Below are positions 34,286 to 36,699 of a DNA stretch of 36,699 nucleotides, one piece after another. The notes under the pieces are model-generated. The model had not been told where the DNA came from. It made no database searches and saw only the letters and a list, made by a program, of their open reading frames with translations. Origin of the DNA: Bacteroidota bacterium. GTDB taxonomy: Bacteria; Bacteroidota; Ignavibacteria; Ch128b. Positions within the stretch are counted from its first letter, which is position 1. Each line of letters starts with the position of its first letter. A program made the position numbers and the translations under genes. The stretch covers positions 1-36,699 of the forward strand of contig JAHJVF010000320.1 of NCBI GenBank assembly GCA_018828505.1, written 5' to 3'.

Positions 34286-36118
34286 ATGATAATTCGAATT
34301 CTGTTTATCTCAACAATTCTATTTGTAGTTTCAAACAGTCTGGCACAGACCACCGAATCAATACTGGCTACGTTTGGTAGTGAGAAAATATCCTCAAATG
34401 AAATCAAATTTCGATATGAATTGATGCCCCATTTGAGTAAAAGGCAATTTAATCCTGAGGAAGCGAAATTAGATTTCTTATACTCGTTAATTTCAGAAAA
34501 AATGTGGGCGCGAAAAGCAAAAGAATTAGGACTTGAAGCCCGCGACGATATTCGAAGTTCAAATTCATACATCGAAAAACTTCTTGTTAGGGATGCTCTT
34601 TTTAAAGAGGTGATTGCCAAAAGAATAAATATCTCGGAAGAAGACATTCAAAAAGGAATTAACTACAGTGGGACCACCTTAACAGTAAACATAATTAGCT
34701 CAATTGATTTAGCAGAGATTCACAAAGTCTACTCACTTTTACTTAAAGGTCTCCCCCTCGAGTCTGCATCTGAATCGAACAGCTATAAAATTCAATTTGC
34801 AGACTCAGTAGAATTGACTTATGGTATGCTTGAAGAGGAGACCCTTGAGGATACAGTTTTTGCACTAGCACTAAATCAATTTTCCAAACCTATCAAAAAC
34901 AAACGAGGTTGGTTTATTTTTTATCCTGTTAATAAAGTCTATTCAATAGTTTCTAATAAGGATTCGGATAAAATTCGCGCTAATGTAATTCGTTCATTAA
35001 GAGAAAGACGAACAAAACGAATTGGCGAATCATACCTTAAGAACTTTTTTGATGGTAAAAATATTTCTATCAATGAAAGTATGTTTCAGAATTTCACCGA
35101 ACGAACTCACAATCTTCTTCGCAAAAAGCAGTTACAAGAAAATCTATCTGAAAATGATACTCTTTATTTAAACGCTGGAAACGTCAACTCACTTTTAGAA
35201 AGCTACAGTGAGGAGGAATTATCCACTATAATCGTTCAAGCAGATGAATGTGAGATCACGCTTAATGATTTTGTTTATTATTTAATTTTCGAAGGTTTTC
35301 GGACTAAAGGCTCAAAGATTGATCTTATTGCTAAAAACTTAAAACTAAAACTTCATCAATTTATCGAACACGAAATATTGGCTTGTGAAGGGTATAAAAA
35401 AGGATTACAAAATAATCCTGAATTAAAAAACGAGTTAGATATTTGGAGCAATAGCCACCTGGCTCAAGCTCTACGAAATTCATTTCACGACTCTGTTTCG
35501 GTAAGTGATGAAGATGTTCATAATTATTACTTACGACTTCAAGATAAAATTGAACAGGTTACCTATGTTAATGTTGCAAAAATTGTAACAGACAGCCTTG
35601 AGTTGGTCGAGAAATTATTTATTGATCTCAATGCCGGGAAAAAATTTGAAGAACTGATACATTATTATAATAAGATAAAGGAGGATTCGGTTAGCGAAAA
35701 TGAATACCTGCCGGTAACAAGCTTTGGAGAATTATCGAATGTCGTTGAGAATCTAAAAATTGGTAAAGTTAGCGGACCCTTCAAAACCAATGAGGGATTT
35801 TTAATAATTAAATTAATTGATAAAAAGGAAAAAACTCAGAAATATGATAAGCCGTTCAAGGAAGTAAGTTCGGAACTTAAAAATATACTAAGGTATTTGA
35901 AATTAAAAGTTTTGTACGATAATTATACAGTGCAATTAGCTGAAGAATATAATCTCAAAATTGATAATCAAGCTTTGTTAAAACTGAACCTCTCATCAAT
36001 ACCAATGTTTACTTATCGGTATATTGGATTCGGCGGCAGAATATCAGCCTCATCTTTTGTAACCCCTTGGTACGAGTGGTTTGAAATTTTCAGAAAAAAG
36101 AAAGAGTTGGCACCTTAG
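34286..36118 (+). CDS. PpiD/SurA-like periplasmic chaperone with a single parvulin PPIase domain
   Basis: 610 aa. The N-terminal anchor or signal is MIIRILFISTILFVVSNSLAQ. A SurA-N-like helical region follows. The parvulin signature near the C-terminus reads FEELIHYYN...VSGPFKTNEGFLIIKLIDKKE. The start is 10 nt after the preceding stop. Confidence 0.78.
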   Translation: MIIRILFISTILFVVSNSLAQTTESILATFGSEKISSNEIKFRYELMPHLSKRQFNPEEAKLDFLYSLISEKMWARKAKELGLEARDDIRSSNSYIEKLLVRDALFKEVIAKRINISEEDIQKGINYSGTTLTVNIISSIDLAEIHKVYSLLLKGLPLESASESNSYKIQFADSVELTYGMLEEETLEDTVFALALNQFSKPIKNKRGWFIFYPVNKVYSIVSNKDSDKIRANVIRSLRERRTKRIGESYLKNFFDGKNISINESMFQNFTERTHNLLRKKQLQENLSENDTLYLNAGNVNSLLESYSEEELSTIIVQADECEITLNDFVYYLIFEGFRTKGSKIDLIAKNLKLKLHQFIEHEILACEGYKKGLQNNPELKNELDIWSNSHLAQALRNSFHDSVSVSDEDVHNYYLRLQDKIEQVTYVNVAKIVTDSLELVEKLFIDLNAGKKFEELIHYYNKIKEDSVSENEYLPVTSFGELSNVVENLKIGKVSGPFKTNEGFLIIKLIDKKEKTQKYDKPFKEVSSELKNILRYLKLKVLYDNYTVQLAEEYNLKIDNQALLKLNLSSIPMFTYRYIGFGGRISASSFVTPWYEWFEIFRKKKELAP

Positions 36119-36123
36119 ATTGT

Positions 36124-36190
36124 TTCCGTGAAAATTAATTACAGGTTTATAACTAACCCAACTTCGACACTTAAAAAAATTTTCGCGGAA
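36124..36190 (+). other. Long-range stem-loop just downstream of the PpiD-like stop
   Basis: TTCCGTGAAAATT (36124-36136) pairs with AATTTTCGCGGAA (36178-36190). That gives 13 bp including one G-U pair, with a 41-nt loop. It is not a canonical terminator. Confidence 0.3.
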
Positions 36191-36220
36191 TCTTTCACCT
36201 AATAATTTGGAAAAAAGAAC

Positions 36221-36331
36221 ATAAATGAGCCTACTCAAAAAAGGATAATTTCAATAAAAATTGTTTTGAAATTGAACTAAAAACGAATCATTAATTTTCA
36301 ATTTTGACCTTTTTTGATTCGGCTCATAAAT
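36221..36331. mobile_element. MITE-like 99-bp element with imperfect 18-bp terminal inverted repeats and flanking ATAAAT direct repeat
   Basis: The left end GAGCCTACTCAAAAAAGG (36227-36244) and the right end CCTTTTTTGATTCGGCTC (36308-36325) are complementary at 16 of 18 positions. Identical ATAAAT hexamers abut both ends (36221-36226 and 36326-36331). The interior is AT-rich and non-coding. Confidence 0.3.
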
Positions 36332-36339
36332 AAAACTTC

Positions 36340-36358
36340 TCCGAAGGAGTCCTTCGGA
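36340..36358 (-). terminator. Candidate intrinsic terminator for the convergent minus-strand gene
   Basis: A perfect 8-bp stem TCCGAAGG/CCTTCGGA has a 3-nt loop. On the minus strand it is followed by GAAGUUUUAUUUAU. It lies about 120 nt downstream of the TAA at 36478-36480. Confidence 0.4.
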
Positions 36359-36477
36359 CTTTCTCAAAACCCCGTGACCCACCCTCTTGCCAAGCAGTAG
36401 TAGATAATAGCATTTTTGTTATAAGTGTCTGAGAAAAATCACCCAAAGTTTGACGAGCCTCTGGCTCAAAATATTTC

Positions 36478-36699
36478 TTAACAAATTAAATTTACGTCAC
36501 CAAACTGCCGCAAGTAAGAAGATTGAACCAACTTTTCCCAGGCTTTGAATAGAGCGGGAATTTGAATTGGTAAATCGGCATGTTGAAGAAGCCATTCAAG
36601 ATTTTGAATAGCATAAGGTACGCTTTTTAAGAAATGTTCTTTTCGCTCGTAAAATCCTCTGAACCCGTATGCGCCGAGCGCTTGTGTGATTCTAATGAA
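36478..36699 (-). CDS. 3' end (73 codons) of a gene running off the window; function unknown
   Basis: The frame is open from the window edge to the TAA at 36478-36480: ...FIRITQALGAYGFRGFYERKEHFLKSVPYAIQNLEWLLQHADLPIQIPALFKAWEKLVQSSYLRQFGDVNLIC*. It is absent from the ORF track, presumably because it has no start codon in the window. I recognised no family. Confidence 0.4.
   Translation of the reverse strand, partial: FIRITQALGAYGFRGFYERKEHFLKSVPYAIQNLEWLLQHADLPIQIPALFKAWEKLVQSSYLRQFGDVNLIC

Noticed and set aside
34279-34647. 122-aa minus-strand ORF overlapping the 5' end of the PpiD-like gene
   Set aside because: It is antisense to a CDS with clear SurA-N and parvulin features. It has no motif or ribosome-binding site, and it would leave no room for the plus-strand gene start.
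36478-36699. Possible transposase tail, because of an AYGFR-like motif (GAYGFRGF) and the MITE-like element nearby
   Set aside because: A single short motif is not enough, and the remaining ~55 residues do not match any transposase C-terminus I can recall. It is left as an unknown partial CDS.
1-36699. Searched by eye for tRNA (T-loop GGTTCGAATCC-like), rRNA, CRISPR repeat-spacer periodicity, integrase or transposase genes, toxin-antitoxin pairs and defence-system hallmarks
   Set aside because: None was found. Coding density is very high, and every large ORF is accounted for by carbohydrate utilisation, regulation or envelope biogenesis.

Overview
This AT-rich 36.7-kb window is almost entirely coding. 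I read it as one large beta-glucan utilisation locus from an FCB-group bacterium. An Ignavibacteria-like origin is my inference from the low GC content and the many 'NYPNPFNP' T9SS C-terminal tails.

Minus strand, 139-22227:
- A putative three-component sensor: an orphan solute-binding protein, a histidine kinase and a sigma54-dependent response regulator.
- A GH5-CBM6 enzyme.
- A sodium:solute symporter (SSS).
- An 874-aa non-catalytic CBM-rich surface protein.
- A module of a TonB-dependent receptor (TBDR), a ~1041-aa Asp-rich T9SS-tailed protein and a PorV/PorQ-like barrel.
- A lichenase-type GH16 with a malectin-like domain, and a GH3.

Plus strand, 22566-36118:
- A tightly packed unit of a second SSS symporter, GH3, a clan GH-A enzyme with a CarboxypepD_reg domain, GH5, GH3 with a PA14 insertion, and a 988-aa clan GH-A enzyme with a CBM4_9-like module inside the barrel.
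- A PpiD/SurA-like parvulin chaperone follows.

Other points:
- I found no SusD-like gene, ABC permease or ATPase, tRNA, rRNA or CRISPR array.
- Two good -24/-12 (sigma54-type) promoter matches sit directly upstream of the two units next to the regulator gene.
- The most interesting candidate system is the SusD-less TBDR / giant protein / PorV-like trio.
- The 3' end holds a structured intergenic region with a MITE-like 99-bp element and the tail of a convergent gene that runs off the window.
- All family calls come from motif recognition by eye. No searches were run.
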